A stretch of 63,990 bases of DNA, the filler included, from an uncultured Gemmatimonadota bacterium (GTDB lineage: Bacteria; GCA-2686955), in the NCBI GenBank assembly GCA_964490075.1. It is 3 parts of 3 records of this genome, joined end to end, with 100 filler letters (N's around TTAATTAATTAA, not from the genome) between each part and the next. Parts side by side here need not be neighbours in the genome. Positions count along the whole stretch, not along the records: positions 24,141 to 47,548 come from CAZBBK010000078.1; positions 47,649 to 63,990 come from CAZBBK010000088.1; 1 more part is not named here. One strand, 5' to 3'. The position numbers and the translations under genes were made by a program. Each line of letters begins with the position of its first letter. Position 1 is the first letter of the stretch. Below the pieces are notes generated by a model that worked only from the letters and a program-made list of their open reading frames with translations, was not told the origin of the DNA and did no database searches. Shown here one piece after another: positions 45,305 to 54,723 of this stretch.

Positions 45305-46299
45305 ACCTGGTGATCTCCAGCTTCGGCGCCTATCTCCACCGGCGCGGAGAGATGTTCGTCCTGAAGGTGGGGGAGGAGCGGCAGGAGGTCTCGGCGCGCA
45401 AGGTCCGTTCGATCTGGATCTCCACCGGAGCGACCCTCTCCACCGACGCGGTCGAGCTGGCGCTGGAGAAGAACATCGACGTCGTCATCCTCGACAAGTT
45501 CGGCAATCCCCTGGGGCGGATCTGGCACGGCCGGCCCGGGTCGACCACGGCGATCCGTCGCGAGCAGCTCCGCCTGGCCGACACCGAGCAGGGGCTGCGC
45601 CTGGCGCTCTCCTGGGTGTTGCGCAAGATGGACAACCAGATCGAGTATCTGGAGGGGGCGCGCAAGCGCCGCAGCCGCCTGTCGGCTCGGATCACCGAGA
45701 AGCTGGATCCGTTGCGCAAGATCCGCGAGCAAGCGGACGCGATCGACGGCACGCTGGAGGAGCGCCGGGCGTCGATCGTCGGCTACGAGGGCCGTGCCGG
45801 CCGCACCTGGTGGCAGGCTGTCAACCTGCTCCTTCCCGAGAAGTTCCGCTTCGAGGCGCGGTCTCGGAATCCGGCCCAGGACGAGTTCAACTGTCTCTTG
45901 AACTACTCCTACGGCGTGCTCTACGGAACGGTCGAGCGAGCCTGCGTTCTCGCCGGGCTCGATCCCTATGTGGGGTTCATCCACACCGACCACTACAACA
46001 AGCTCTGTCTCGTCTTCGACCTCATCGAGTGTTACCGCATCTGGGCCGACGAGACGGTGATCGCCCTCTTCGCGGCGCGCGCCGTCAAGCGCGACATGTT
46101 CGACGAGCTGAGCAACGGTTTGACTCTCAACAAGCAGGGCAAGGCGGTCCTGATGGAGCGTTTCACCAAGCACCTCGAGGAGCCGATGCGCCATCGCGGA
46201 CGAAATGTGAAACGGCGAGAAACGGTCCAGCTCGACTGCCACCGCATGGCCAACGAGCTGATCGAGGATCTTCCCGGGGAAGAGGAGGCCGACTCATGA
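45301..46299 (+). CDS. cas1: Cas1
   Basis: GYEG, NCLLNYSYGVLY, GLDPYVGFIH, LVFDLIE.YR. Confidence 0.97.
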   Translation: MNLVISSFGAYLHRRGEMFVLKVGEERQEVSARKVRSIWISTGATLSTDAVELALEKNIDVVILDKFGNPLGRIWHGRPGSTTAIRREQLRLADTEQGLRLALSWVLRKMDNQIEYLEGARKRRSRLSARITEKLDPLRKIREQADAIDGTLEERRASIVGYEGRAGRTWWQAVNLLLPEKFRFEARSRNPAQDEFNCLLNYSYGVLYGTVERACVLAGLDPYVGFIHTDHYNKLCLVFDLIECYRIWADETVIALFAARAVKRDMFDELSNGLTLNKQGKAVLMERFTKHLEEPMRHRGRNVKRRETVQLDCHRMANELIEDLPGEEEADS

Positions 46300-46604
46300 G
46301 CGCACAGACCGACACCCTGATCTGGCTGATCTACGACATCTCCGAGAACAAGGTGCGAAGTCGCGTGGCCAAGCTCTGCCAGGAGGCTGGTCTTCATCGT
46401 GTGCAGAAGTCGGTCTTTCTCGGCACCATCGGGCGCAACAGGCTCGACGAGCTGAGCATGCAGATCGGCGATCTGATCGATCACGACAGCGACTCGGTCT
46501 ACCTTTTCCCCCTCTGTCGGCCCGACTTCAAGAAGGTGGTCACCTTGGGCCAGGCATTCGACGAGAGCCTCGTGACCGACGAAGTCCGGGTGTTGCTGGC
46601 ATGA
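46296..46604 (+). CDS. cas2: Cas2
   Basis: LIYDIS...R..VAKLC...GL.RVQKSVFLG. Confidence 0.96.
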   Translation: MSAQTDTLIWLIYDISENKVRSRVAKLCQEAGLHRVQKSVFLGTIGRNRLDELSMQIGDLIDHDSDSVYLFPLCRPDFKKVVTLGQAFDESLVTDEVRVLLA

Positions 46605-46634
46605 CCTGCCCGGACCCGCGCTGAGGGGATTCCG

Positions 46635-47258
46635 ATGAGTGAGAGAGTCGGGCATGAGAAGGCCGGGGACACCGAGCGCAGCCTCGCCCTCACTCCCTCG
46701 GAGGTCATCGAGCACGTCTACTGCCCTCGCTTCACCTGGTTCATGCACGTCCAGAACATCGCCCAGCATGAAGACAAGCGATACAAGGTGTTGAAGGGGC
46801 GCCGGGTCCACCGCCAGCGTGAGACCGAGAACCGAAGCTACCTGCGCCGCAAGATCGGCGCGGTGGGCAAGGAGCAGGAGGTCTACCTGGCGTCCGCCGC
46901 GCTGCGCATGCGGGGCATCGTCGACGAAGTTCTCACCCTGGGCGACGGAACGATGGCGCCTCTCGACTACAAGTTCAGCGAGGCACCTCGACAGGTCTAT
47001 CGCACCCATCGCATCCAGGTGCTCATGTACGCCATGCTGATCCGCGAGGCCTACGCGGCGCAGGTGCCCCGCGCCTTCGTCGCGTATATCCGCGGCCGCC
47101 ATGAGCTCATCGAGGTCGAGGTCACTGAGCGCGCGACGCGCGAGGTCACCGCCCTCATCGACGAGATCTTCGCTATCATCGCCACCGGACGGCTGCCGCG
47201 GCGCACGCCGCAGCGGGTTCGGTGTCGAGACTGCTGTTATGGAAATATCTGCGTGTGA
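46635..47258 (+). CDS. cas4: Cas4
   Basis: YCPR, GIVDE, PLDYK, Q...YA, C-terminal CRDCCYGNIC Fe-S ligands. Confidence 0.96.
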   Translation: MSERVGHEKAGDTERSLALTPSEVIEHVYCPRFTWFMHVQNIAQHEDKRYKVLKGRRVHRQRETENRSYLRRKIGAVGKEQEVYLASAALRMRGIVDEVLTLGDGTMAPLDYKFSEAPRQVYRTHRIQVLMYAMLIREAYAAQVPRAFVAYIRGRHELIEVEVTERATREVTALIDEIFAIIATGRLPRRTPQRVRCRDCCYGNICV

Positions 47259-47431
47259 GGGCGCCATGGGCCTAACTTCCGGAAGAGAAGAGAGTTATGG
47301 GCCGCGAGAGGCTGCACGATCGGCTTTCCGGGCCCGTGAATCGGGCGATTTCGGCGGCTGGCTGGGCCGATTGGAGGGGGTGGAGGGCAGAGCCATGTTC
47401 TGTTACCGTAGGGCCCTGGGCGGGCGCTGCG

Positions 47432-47548
47432 GCTGACGAGCTACATCCAGGACAACAAGGATTGAAACATTGCATCAAGGTAATGTATCAAGAAATACAT
47501 TACAGCTGACGAGCTACATCCAGGACAACAAGGATTGAAACCTGCGCT
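47432..47548 (+). CRISPR. CRISPR array (leader end, cut by contig end); 37-bp repeat GCTGACGAGCTACATCCAGGACAACAAGGATTGAAAC
   Basis: Identical repeats at 47432-47468 and 47505-47541; 36-bp spacer; ATTGAAAC 3' handle; follows cas4 after a 173-bp leader. Confidence 0.95.
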
Positions 47549-47648
47549 NNNNNNNNNNNNNNNNNNNNNNNNNNNNNNNNNNNNNNNNNNNNTTAATTAA
47601 TTAANNNNNNNNNNNNNNNNNNNNNNNNNNNNNNNNNNNNNNNNNNNN
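47549..47648. other. Artificial contig linker
   Basis: N44-TTAATTAATTAA-N44. Confidence 0.97.
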
Positions 47649-47651
47649 GCT

Positions 47652-47710
47652 CACGACTCACGAGCGTTTGCCGATCTTGGAGGAGCGGCCGCATGGGTGG
47701 TGATCGGCAA
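47652..47710. repeat. Dispersed repeat at contig start (copy 2)
   Basis: Matches 24141-24192; this copy adds GATCGGCAA, which can pair with TTGCCGATC. Confidence 0.9.
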
Positions 47711-47792
47711 GGCGCCCCGATCTTGGTGCGGCGAACCGTTCTCGATATGCTCGGGGCCCCTCCGCCGACCATCTCGAACCGGAACCACACCG

Positions 47793-49454
47793 ATGAGCGC
47801 CGCCCCGACAACGACGACACCGCCGATGCGCTGGTGGGGATGGGGCGACCCCGAGCGCCGCTACCCGCTGCCGGAGAGCGCGCGTGCCTACCTGGCACGC
47901 CGGCTCGGCCTGGATGAGCCCTGGCCGCGGGTGCGCGGCATCGAGAGCGTGCACATCCCGGCGCCGCGCCTCGAGCCGTCGGCGGTCGAGCAAGCCGCCG
48001 GTGCTGTTCCGGTCCGCGGCGATCACCAGACCCGGGTGCGTCATGCCGCCGGCCGCTCCTATCCCGACCTGATCCAGCTCCGCTCCGGGCACCTGCGCTC
48101 GGCGCCGGACTGCGTCGCCTTCCCCGAGTCGGGCGACGCGCTGCGCCGTCTGCTCGACGCCGCCGCCGAGCGCGATTGGGCCTGCGTCCCCTTCGGCGGC
48201 GGCACCTCGGTGGTGGGCGGTGTCGAGCCCCTCGGCGGAGCGCCGGAGCGGCCGGTCCTCACCCTCAGCCTGGCCGCCCTGAGCCGGGTGCTCGAGATCG
48301 ACGCCAACGCGCGCATCGCCCGGGTCGAGGCGGGCATCTTCGGGCCGGCTCTGGAGGCGGCGCTCTCCCGCCAGGGGCTGAGCCTCGGGCATTTCCCGCA
48401 GTCCTTCGAGCACTCCACGGTCGGCGGCTGGGTCGCCACCCGCTCCGCCGGGCAGGCGTCGACCGGCAACGGCCGCATCGACGATCTGGTGGTAGATCTG
48501 AGCGTCGATGTGCCGGGCGGCAGCACCCGCGCCGGCGGCTTCCCGGCCTCGGCCGCCGGACCCGACCTGGTGTCGCTCTACCTGGGCTCGGAGGGCCGGT
48601 TCGGCGTGATCCGCGAGGTGGCGCTGCGGCTGCGCCCGCTGCCGGAGGCCAGTCCGGTGCGTGCCTTTGCGTTTCGCTCCTTCGCCGAGGGCTGGGCGGC
48701 GCTGCGCGAGGTTGCGGCGCGTCCCCACCGGCCGACCGTGATCCGGCTCTCCGACGAGGCCGAGACCGAGCTCTTCCTGCGTCTCTCGCAACCCGAGGGC
48801 CTGCTGAAGAGGTTGATCCAGGGGGCCGGAAAGTCGTTCCTGGCGAGCCGCGGCTACCCCTTGCCAGGCAGCTCGCTGGTCCTGTTCAGCTTCGAGGGCG
48901 AGGCGCGCGCCAGCGCCGCGGCCGCGCGCGACACGCGGCGCCTCCTACGCTCGCTCGGCGGCTTCGACCTGGGCGCCGCCCCGGCCCGCAAGTGGCGCTC
49001 GGAGCGATTCGCGCACCCCTATCTGCGCGACGAGCTGCTCGACATGGGAGCGCTGGTCGATACCCTCGAGACCTGCACCGACTGGTCGCGCCTTCCGGGG
49101 CTCTACGGCGCGCTTCGCGAGGCGCTGCGCGGCGCCATCGAGGCCGGCGGCTCGGAGGCGATCGTGCTCTGCCACCTCAGCCACCTCTACCCGCACGGCG
49201 CCTCGCTCTACTTCACCTTCCTGGGCCGAGCCGATCGCGATGCCCCCCGGGACCAGTGGCGCGCGATCAAGGAGGCGGCCGGCGACGCGATCCTGCGCGC
49301 GGGCGGCACCATCACCCACCACCACGCGATCGGCATCGACCACCGGCCCTGGTTCGACCAGGAGGTCGGGCCCCAAGGGCTGCGCCTGCTGCGCGCCGCG
49401 GCCCGGGTCGCCGACCCGAGCGGCATCCTGAACCCGGGCAAGCTGCTGGGGTAA
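47793..49454 (+). CDS. FAD-binding oxidoreductase, alkyl-DHAP synthase-like
   Basis: WWGWG, PFGGGTSVVGG, GHFPQSFEHSTVGGWVATRSAGQ, GSEGRFG, TITHHHAIG, NPGKL. Confidence 0.9.
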   Translation: MSAAPTTTTPPMRWWGWGDPERRYPLPESARAYLARRLGLDEPWPRVRGIESVHIPAPRLEPSAVEQAAGAVPVRGDHQTRVRHAAGRSYPDLIQLRSGHLRSAPDCVAFPESGDALRRLLDAAAERDWACVPFGGGTSVVGGVEPLGGAPERPVLTLSLAALSRVLEIDANARIARVEAGIFGPALEAALSRQGLSLGHFPQSFEHSTVGGWVATRSAGQASTGNGRIDDLVVDLSVDVPGGSTRAGGFPASAAGPDLVSLYLGSEGRFGVIREVALRLRPLPEASPVRAFAFRSFAEGWAALREVAARPHRPTVIRLSDEAETELFLRLSQPEGLLKRLIQGAGKSFLASRGYPLPGSSLVLFSFEGEARASAAAARDTRRLLRSLGGFDLGAAPARKWRSERFAHPYLRDELLDMGALVDTLETCTDWSRLPGLYGALREALRGAIEAGGSEAIVLCHLSHLYPHGASLYFTFLGRADRDAPRDQWRAIKEAAGDAILRAGGTITHHHAIGIDHRPWFDQEVGPQGLRLLRAAARVADPSGILNPGKLLG

Positions 49455-49570
49455 CCACCCCTCCAGGATCTCTCGGCTCCCCTCGGTAACGCCGCGCCTC
49501 CAAGCCCCATCAGCCGACCGAATCGAGCACTGGTGGAGCAGCGCGCAGCGATGCGCAACGGAGGTTCACG

Positions 49571-49999
49571 ATGATCAACACACACCGGATTCGATGGGCC
49601 GTGGCCACGGCGGCTCTGTTCTCGTTCGGGTCTCTGGCGATCGCCGACGGAGATGACGACTTCGTCATCGAGGTGGACCCTGCGGGGCCGATCCAGCTCT
49701 ATCCCGGCGAGCCGCCCATCGTCACCATCGGGGTCGACAACAACACCGCTGACGATCAAGACGTCGAGGTGACCTGCACGTTCAGGGCTCCCTGCGGTTT
49801 CACGGGAGACGTGGAGTTCTTCAACTTCACCCAGGAGGCGCCCGCCCACAGCTCCATGGGGCTGTGGTTCAGGGTCCCAGAGCTGCCCGAGAGCATGGAG
49901 AGCCACCCCGGCGACTGGGAGTTCTACTTCCACGCCTGGAACGCCGACAATCAGCAGCTACTCGACTGGACCGTGGTGGAAGTGGAGATGATGGAGTAG
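49571..49999 (+). CDS. Small secreted acidic Ig-like protein
   Basis: GGAGG RBS; signal peptide ending LAIA; beta-strand pattern. Confidence 0.7.
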   Translation: MINTHRIRWAVATAALFSFGSLAIADGDDDFVIEVDPAGPIQLYPGEPPIVTIGVDNNTADDQDVEVTCTFRAPCGFTGDVEFFNFTQEAPAHSSMGLWFRVPELPESMESHPGDWEFYFHAWNADNQQLLDWTVVEVEMME

Positions 50000-50094
50000 C
50001 GACGAACGTCATCGCAGCTCCGCCGGGCCAGGACCGGGATGGTCTCGGGCCGGCGCATCCCTCTCCTACCGAACTTGCCGCGTGGATGCCGGGA

Positions 50095-50334
50095 GCTGGC
50101 GTTTCGATAGAGCGCTTCTCGAGCGACGCACTTCGCGAAGAACCGCGGGCCCAACGGGAGCTCGCGGGCCTTCGGGGCTCCATGCGCGACTTGGGGGGGG
50201 CGGTCTCGACGGCGCTTCTTCGCGTGCCCCTGCCTCTGCCCGACTCCTTTGCCCGAATCGGGCATGGGCAGGGGCAGGTTCTGTCCCATACCGGCCGCTC
50301 CCTGAGTAGAGGCTCGCTATGTCGAAACCTCAGC
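50095..50334. repeat. MITE-like element with imperfect 20-bp terminal inverted repeats
   Basis: GCTGGCGTTTCGATAGAGCG ... CGCTATGTCGAAACCTCAGC; the inner ~120 bp recurs inverted at 54783-54929. Confidence 0.7.
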
Positions 50335-50349
50335 CGGGAGCCGCCCATC

Positions 50350-50385
50350 TTGACACGAAACTCGTGCAGCACGATCCTTGTGTCA
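50350..50385 (+). promoter_or_regulatory. TA operator palindrome overlapping TTGACA
   Basis: TGACACGAAACTCGTGC-A-GCACGATCCTTGTGTCA, 13/17 symmetric, abutting the antitoxin ATG. Confidence 0.65.
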
Positions 50386-50627
50386 TGAGGAACATTACCA
50401 TCCGAGTACCCGACGAGCTGGGCAGGTGGGCTCGGATGTGGGCCGCCAAGTACGATACCAGCGTATCCAGGATGATGGCCGAGATGCTGCGCGAGAGAAT
50501 GCGCCAGGAGGAGGATTATGAAGACGCGATGGAACGCTTCCTGGCGCGTCCTGCGCGGGTGATCAGCGATGGGGGACCGCTCCCTGATCGGGCGAGCATT
50601 CACGAGCGGGATTCCCCCCAGCATTGA
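50385..50627 (+). CDS. Ribbon-helix-helix antitoxin (CopG/VapB-like)
   Basis: MRNITIRVPDEL..WAR..AA...TSVSR; overlaps the PIN gene start. Confidence 0.85.
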   Translation: MRNITIRVPDELGRWARMWAAKYDTSVSRMMAEMLRERMRQEEDYEDAMERFLARPARVISDGGPLPDRASIHERDSPQH

Positions 50628-51061
50628 ACGTCTTCGTCGACACGAACGTCTTCGTGTACCGGCGCGACGCCGCCGACCCGGCGAAGCAGCGCAGAGCCGA
50701 TGCCTGGTTGGTCTCCCTGTGGGCCCAACGCTCCGGTCGTGTCAGTGTGCAGGTCCTGCAGGAGTACTACGCGGTGGTTACGCGCAAGCTCCACCCCGGA
50801 CTGAGTCGGTCCGAGGCCCAACAGGACGTACGCGATCTCATGCGGTGGAAGCCGTTGGCGCCCGACGGAGCGCTCTTCGAGGCGGCCTGGAGCGTCGAGG
50901 AGCGTTTCGGTCTCTCGTGGTGGGATGCCATGATCGTGGCTGCCGCGCAGCGGCAATCCTGCGGGCACCTCCTGAGCGAGGACCTGCAGGCGGGGCAGAG
51001 ATTTGGGCGCGTGGAGGTCGTCAGTCCCTTCGAGAGATCTCCATCAGAGCTCACCGGCTGA
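50624..51061 (+). CDS. PIN-domain (VapC-like) toxin
   Basis: FVDTNVFVY, QVLQEY, SWWDAMIVAAA, LLSEDLQ. Confidence 0.92.
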   Translation: MNVFVDTNVFVYRRDAADPAKQRRADAWLVSLWAQRSGRVSVQVLQEYYAVVTRKLHPGLSRSEAQQDVRDLMRWKPLAPDGALFEAAWSVEERFGLSWWDAMIVAAAQRQSCGHLLSEDLQAGQRFGRVEVVSPFERSPSELTG

Positions 51062-51128
51062 CGGTCGAGGGGATCACGCCTGACGCGCGGGTTCGAGAAC
51101 CGCTTCACGGGCCACCAAGCCGGATCCG

Positions 51129-51563
51129 CTACTCCGCTCCCGGCACCGCCGCGCCCTCGACCGGCGCCGCGCCGCTCTCCTCGACCTCGAGCGCACCCAC
51201 GGCGCCTTCCGGCGCCTCGCCGGCGGCTACGTCTTCCAGCAACTCGGTCGCCTGTAGCTGCTGCAGGACCTCGGTCGCCGGCACCGCCAGATCGGCCCGC
51301 CGCCGCTCGATCACCGAGCCTTCGGAACCGGAGGCGCGGCTGCCGACCAGCGCGATCGTGAGCGAGAGCACCATGAAGGCGATCGCCAGACCCTCGGTCA
51401 GCTTGGCCAGGATGTCGGTCGCGCCGCGCCCGCCGAACACCGCCGTGGCACCGCCGCCACCGAGGCCCGCCAGGCCGCCGCCCTTGCCAGACTGCAAGAG
51501 CACCACGCCGACCAGCGCGAAGCAGACCAGCACATGAATGAAGATCAGGAATCCGAAGATCAT
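51129..51563 (-). CDS. secG: Preprotein translocase subunit SecG
   Basis: VLLQSGKGGGLAG..FGGRGA..L.KLT; follows tpiA. Confidence 0.95.
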   Translation of the reverse strand: MIFGFLIFIHVLVCFALVGVVLLQSGKGGGLAGLGGGGATAVFGGRGATDILAKLTEGLAIAFMVLSLTIALVGSRASGSEGSVIERRRADLAVPATEVLQQLQATELLEDVAAGEAPEGAVGALEVEESGAAPVEGAAVPGAE

Positions 51564-51574
51564 CTTGAGCTTTC

Positions 51575-52321
51575 TTAGTGGTGGACGATGGCGGAGAACG
51601 ACTCGGCGTCGAGCGACGCGCCGCCCACCAGGGCACCATCGATGTCGGGGCAGGCCATGAGCTCCGACGCGTTGTTCGGCTTCACGCTGCCGCCGTATTG
51701 AATTCGGGTCGCGGCCGCGAAATCGCCGCCGAAGAGCCCTTCCAGCAGGCCGCGGATGTGCGCGTGCACCTCCTGCGCCTGCTCCGGAGTCGCCGTGCGC
51801 CCGGTGCCGATCGCCCAGACCGGCTCGTAAGCGATCGTCAGGTTCCGCAGCGCCGCGGCGCTGAGCTCGGACAGGGCGCCGCGCACCTGACGTTCCACGA
51901 CCGCGAAGGTCTGATCGGCTTCGCGCTCGTCGAGGGTCTCGCCGACGCAGACGATCGGCTCGAGGCCTGCGCGCAGCGCGCCGAGCAGCCGCCGATTCAC
52001 CGACTCGTCGGTCTCGCCGAAGATCTGGCGGCGCTCCGAGTGACCGAGGATGACGTAGCGGGCGCCGGCATCGGCCAGCATCTCGGCCGCCACCTCGCCG
52101 GTGAAGGCGCCCGAGATCTCGCCGTGGCAGCTCTGGCCGCCGACGCCGACGGCGCTATCCCGCAGCACCTCGGCGGTGGCGGCGAGCGCCGTGAAGGGAG
52201 GGCAGATCGCCACCTCGAGGTCGGCGTCGGCCAGCTTCACCTTGAGCAGCTTTGCAAGCTGGACGCATTCCCCGATCGTCTTGTGCATCTTCCAGTTACC
52301 GGCGATGAATGGTCTGCGCAT
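51575..52321 (-). CDS. tpiA: Triosephosphate isomerase
   Basis: AGNWKM, GHSERR, AYEPVWAIGTG, YGGSV, LVGGASL. Confidence 0.99.
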   Translation of the reverse strand: MRRPFIAGNWKMHKTIGECVQLAKLLKVKLADADLEVAICPPFTALAATAEVLRDSAVGVGGQSCHGEISGAFTGEVAAEMLADAGARYVILGHSERRQIFGETDESVNRRLLGALRAGLEPIVCVGETLDEREADQTFAVVERQVRGALSELSAAALRNLTIAYEPVWAIGTGRTATPEQAQEVHAHIRGLLEGLFGGDFAAATRIQYGGSVKPNNASELMACPDIDGALVGGASLDAESFSAIVHH

Positions 52322-52352
52322 CGGTTCGTTTCTCCGTCCTGGTCCGCCTTAT

Positions 52353-53552
52353 CTATCGGTCGTCCAGCGCCGCCACGCCCGGCAGAGTCTTGCCCTCGAG
52401 CAGCTCCAGCGAGGCGCCGCCGCCGGTCGAAACATGGGACATGCTCGAGGCCAGGTTGGCCAGGTTGACCGCGGCCACCGAGTCGCCGCCGCCGACGATG
52501 GTGGTGGCGCCGCCTTCGGTGGCCCGCGCCACCGCCTCGGTCAACGCCATCGTTCCGCCGCGGAAGGGGGCCATCTCGAAGACCCCCATCGGGCCGTTCC
52601 AGACCACGGTGCGCGCCTGGGCGACCGCCGCGCTGAAGCGCTCCACGGTGCGCGGGCCGATGTCGAGCCCCATCCAGCCCTCCGGCACGCCCGCGGCGGC
52701 GTCGACGATGCGGGTCGCCGCATCCTCGGCGAAGCGATCGGCGATCACGAAATCGAGCGGCAGCACCAGGTCGCAGCCGGCGGCGGCGGCCGCCGCCACC
52801 ACCTCGGCCGCCATCTCGACCCGCGCGTCCTCTACCAGAGAGGCGCCGATCGGCACCCCTTGGGCCTTCAGGAAGGTGAACACCATGCCGCCGCCGACCA
52901 GGATCGTCTGAGCGCGCCCGACCAGGTTGGTCAGCACGTCGATCTTGCCGCTGATCTTGGCGCCGCCCAGGATCAACAGGAAGGGCGCCTCGGGAGCCTC
53001 CAGCGCCCCGTACAGGTAACGCAGCTCCTTTTCCATCAGGAGCCCCGAGACACAGGGCGAGAGCTGCGCGGCGACCCCCGCGGTCGAGGCATGGGCGCGG
53101 TGCGCGGCGCCGAAGGCATCGTTCACGTAGAACTCCGCCGGCTGCGCCAGCGCCGCCGCGAACTCTGCATCGTTGTCGGTTTCGCCCTTGTGGTAACGCA
53201 GATTCTCGAGCAGCAGCAGCTCGCCCTCGCCCAGCTCCGCCGCCGCCGCCGCCGCGTCCTCGCCCACGCAGCTCTCGGCGAAGGCGACTGGCGCGCCCAG
53301 CAGCTCCGCCAGCCGCGCCGCCACCGGGCGCAGGCTCATCTCGGGCACCACCTTGCCCTTCGGCCGGCCGAGGTGGGAGCAGAGCACGAGGCGCGCGCCC
53401 TGGTCGCGCAACGCGCGGATGGTCGGCAGCGCGGCCCGGATGCGGGTGTCGTCGGCCACCCGGGCGCCCTCCAGGGGCACGTTGAAATCGACCCGCACCA
53501 ACGCCCTGCGCCCGCGCGCGTCCAGATCTCGAATCGTCTTCTTCTCGACCAT
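52353..53552 (-). CDS. pgk: Phosphoglycerate kinase
   Basis: RVDFNVP, SHLGRP, NDAFGAAHRAHAS, GGGDS, STGGGASLE. Confidence 0.99.
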   Translation of the reverse strand: MVEKKTIRDLDARGRRALVRVDFNVPLEGARVADDTRIRAALPTIRALRDQGARLVLCSHLGRPKGKVVPEMSLRPVAARLAELLGAPVAFAESCVGEDAAAAAAELGEGELLLLENLRYHKGETDNDAEFAAALAQPAEFYVNDAFGAAHRAHASTAGVAAQLSPCVSGLLMEKELRYLYGALEAPEAPFLLILGGAKISGKIDVLTNLVGRAQTILVGGGMVFTFLKAQGVPIGASLVEDARVEMAAEVVAAAAAAGCDLVLPLDFVIADRFAEDAATRIVDAAAGVPEGWMGLDIGPRTVERFSAAVAQARTVVWNGPMGVFEMAPFRGGTMALTEAVARATEGGATTIVGGGDSVAAVNLANLASSMSHVSTGGGASLELLEGKTLPGVAALDDR

Positions 53553-53598
53553 GCTGCCTCGCGGGGCGCAACCCCTCGGTCGCGCCCGATGCCGGTCG

Positions 53599-54603
53599 CT
53601 ACAGAAAGAGCGCCAGGCGGCCCACCATCTCGGCGACCCGCATCGAGTAGCCCCACTCGTTGTCGTACCAACCGATCACCTTGACCAGGGTGCCGTCGAT
53701 TACGTCGGTGGACGCGGCGTCGAAGATGCAGGAGTGGGGATCGCCCACCACGTCGCTGGAGACGATCGGATCCTCGGTGTAGGCCAGAATCCCGGCCAGC
53801 GGCCCCTCGGCCGCGGCCTTCATGGCGCCGTTGATCGCCTCTATGGTGGCCGGGCGCGCCAGCTTCGCGGTCAGGTCGGTGAGCGAGCCATCCGGCACCG
53901 GCACCCGCACCGCCATCCCGTTCAGCTTGCCCTCCAGATCGGGGATGATCTTGCCCACCGCGCGGGCCGCCCCGGTGGTGGTGGGGATCAGGTTGATCGC
54001 CGCCGAGCGCGCGCGGCGCAGGTCGGAGTGCGGCAGATCGAGGATCCGCTGGTCGTTGGTGTAGCCGTGGATGGTGGTCATCAACCCGGCGCTGATGCCG
54101 AAGGTGTCGTTCAGGACCTTGGCCATCGGTGACAGGCAGTTGGTGGTGCAGGAGGCGTTGGAGACGATGTCCTGGTCGGCGCGCAGCGTGTCGTCGTTGA
54201 CCCCCAGGACCACCATGTTGTCGATTGCGTCCTTCGCCGGCACGGTCAGGACGACCTTCTTGGCGCCGGCGTCGATGTGCGTCTGGAGCTGCGCCCGTTT
54301 GCGGAAGATCCCGGTCGACTCGACGACGATATCGACGCCGAGATCGCGCCACGGCAGCTCGTTGGGGCTGCGCTCCGAAAGGACCTTGAGCGGCTTGCCC
54401 TCGACCCGGATCGAGTCCCCCTCGGCGGCCACCTCGCCGTCGAATCGGCCGTGCACCGAGTCGTACTTGAGCAGATGGGCGAGGGTCGGGGCGTCGGTGA
54501 GGTCGTTGACCGCGACGACCTCGGCTCCGTCGACCTGGCGAAGGGCGCGGTAGACGAGCCGGCCGATGCGACCGAAACCGTTGATGGCAACGCGATAGGA
54601 CAT
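53599..54603 (-). CDS. gap: Glyceraldehyde-3-phosphate dehydrogenase
   Basis: INGFGRIGR, SNASCTTNCL, WYDNEWGYS. Confidence 0.99.
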   Translation of the reverse strand: MSYRVAINGFGRIGRLVYRALRQVDGAEVVAVNDLTDAPTLAHLLKYDSVHGRFDGEVAAEGDSIRVEGKPLKVLSERSPNELPWRDLGVDIVVESTGIFRKRAQLQTHIDAGAKKVVLTVPAKDAIDNMVVLGVNDDTLRADQDIVSNASCTTNCLSPMAKVLNDTFGISAGLMTTIHGYTNDQRILDLPHSDLRRARSAAINLIPTTTGAARAVGKIIPDLEGKLNGMAVRVPVPDGSLTDLTAKLARPATIEAINGAMKAAAEGPLAGILAYTEDPIVSSDVVGDPHSCIFDAASTDVIDGTLVKVIGWYDNEWGYSMRVAEMVGRLALFL

Positions 54604-54723
54604 TTCACGATCTCCGGGAAGGTGGGCGGTCGAGGGGCCCTCTGAAGGGGCTCGGGGATCTGAGACGCAGAACAGCGAAGGGTATGCGGTGGTGGTGGGG
54701 ATGTCAATTTGGGCCGGAGGATC

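Noticed and set aside
51087-51117. GCGGGTTCGAGAACCGCTTCACGGGCCACCA resembles the tRNA-Leu 3' end
   Set aside because: Only 10 contiguous identities; it lies upstream of the tRNA rather than downstream as an att duplicate would, and there is no integrase
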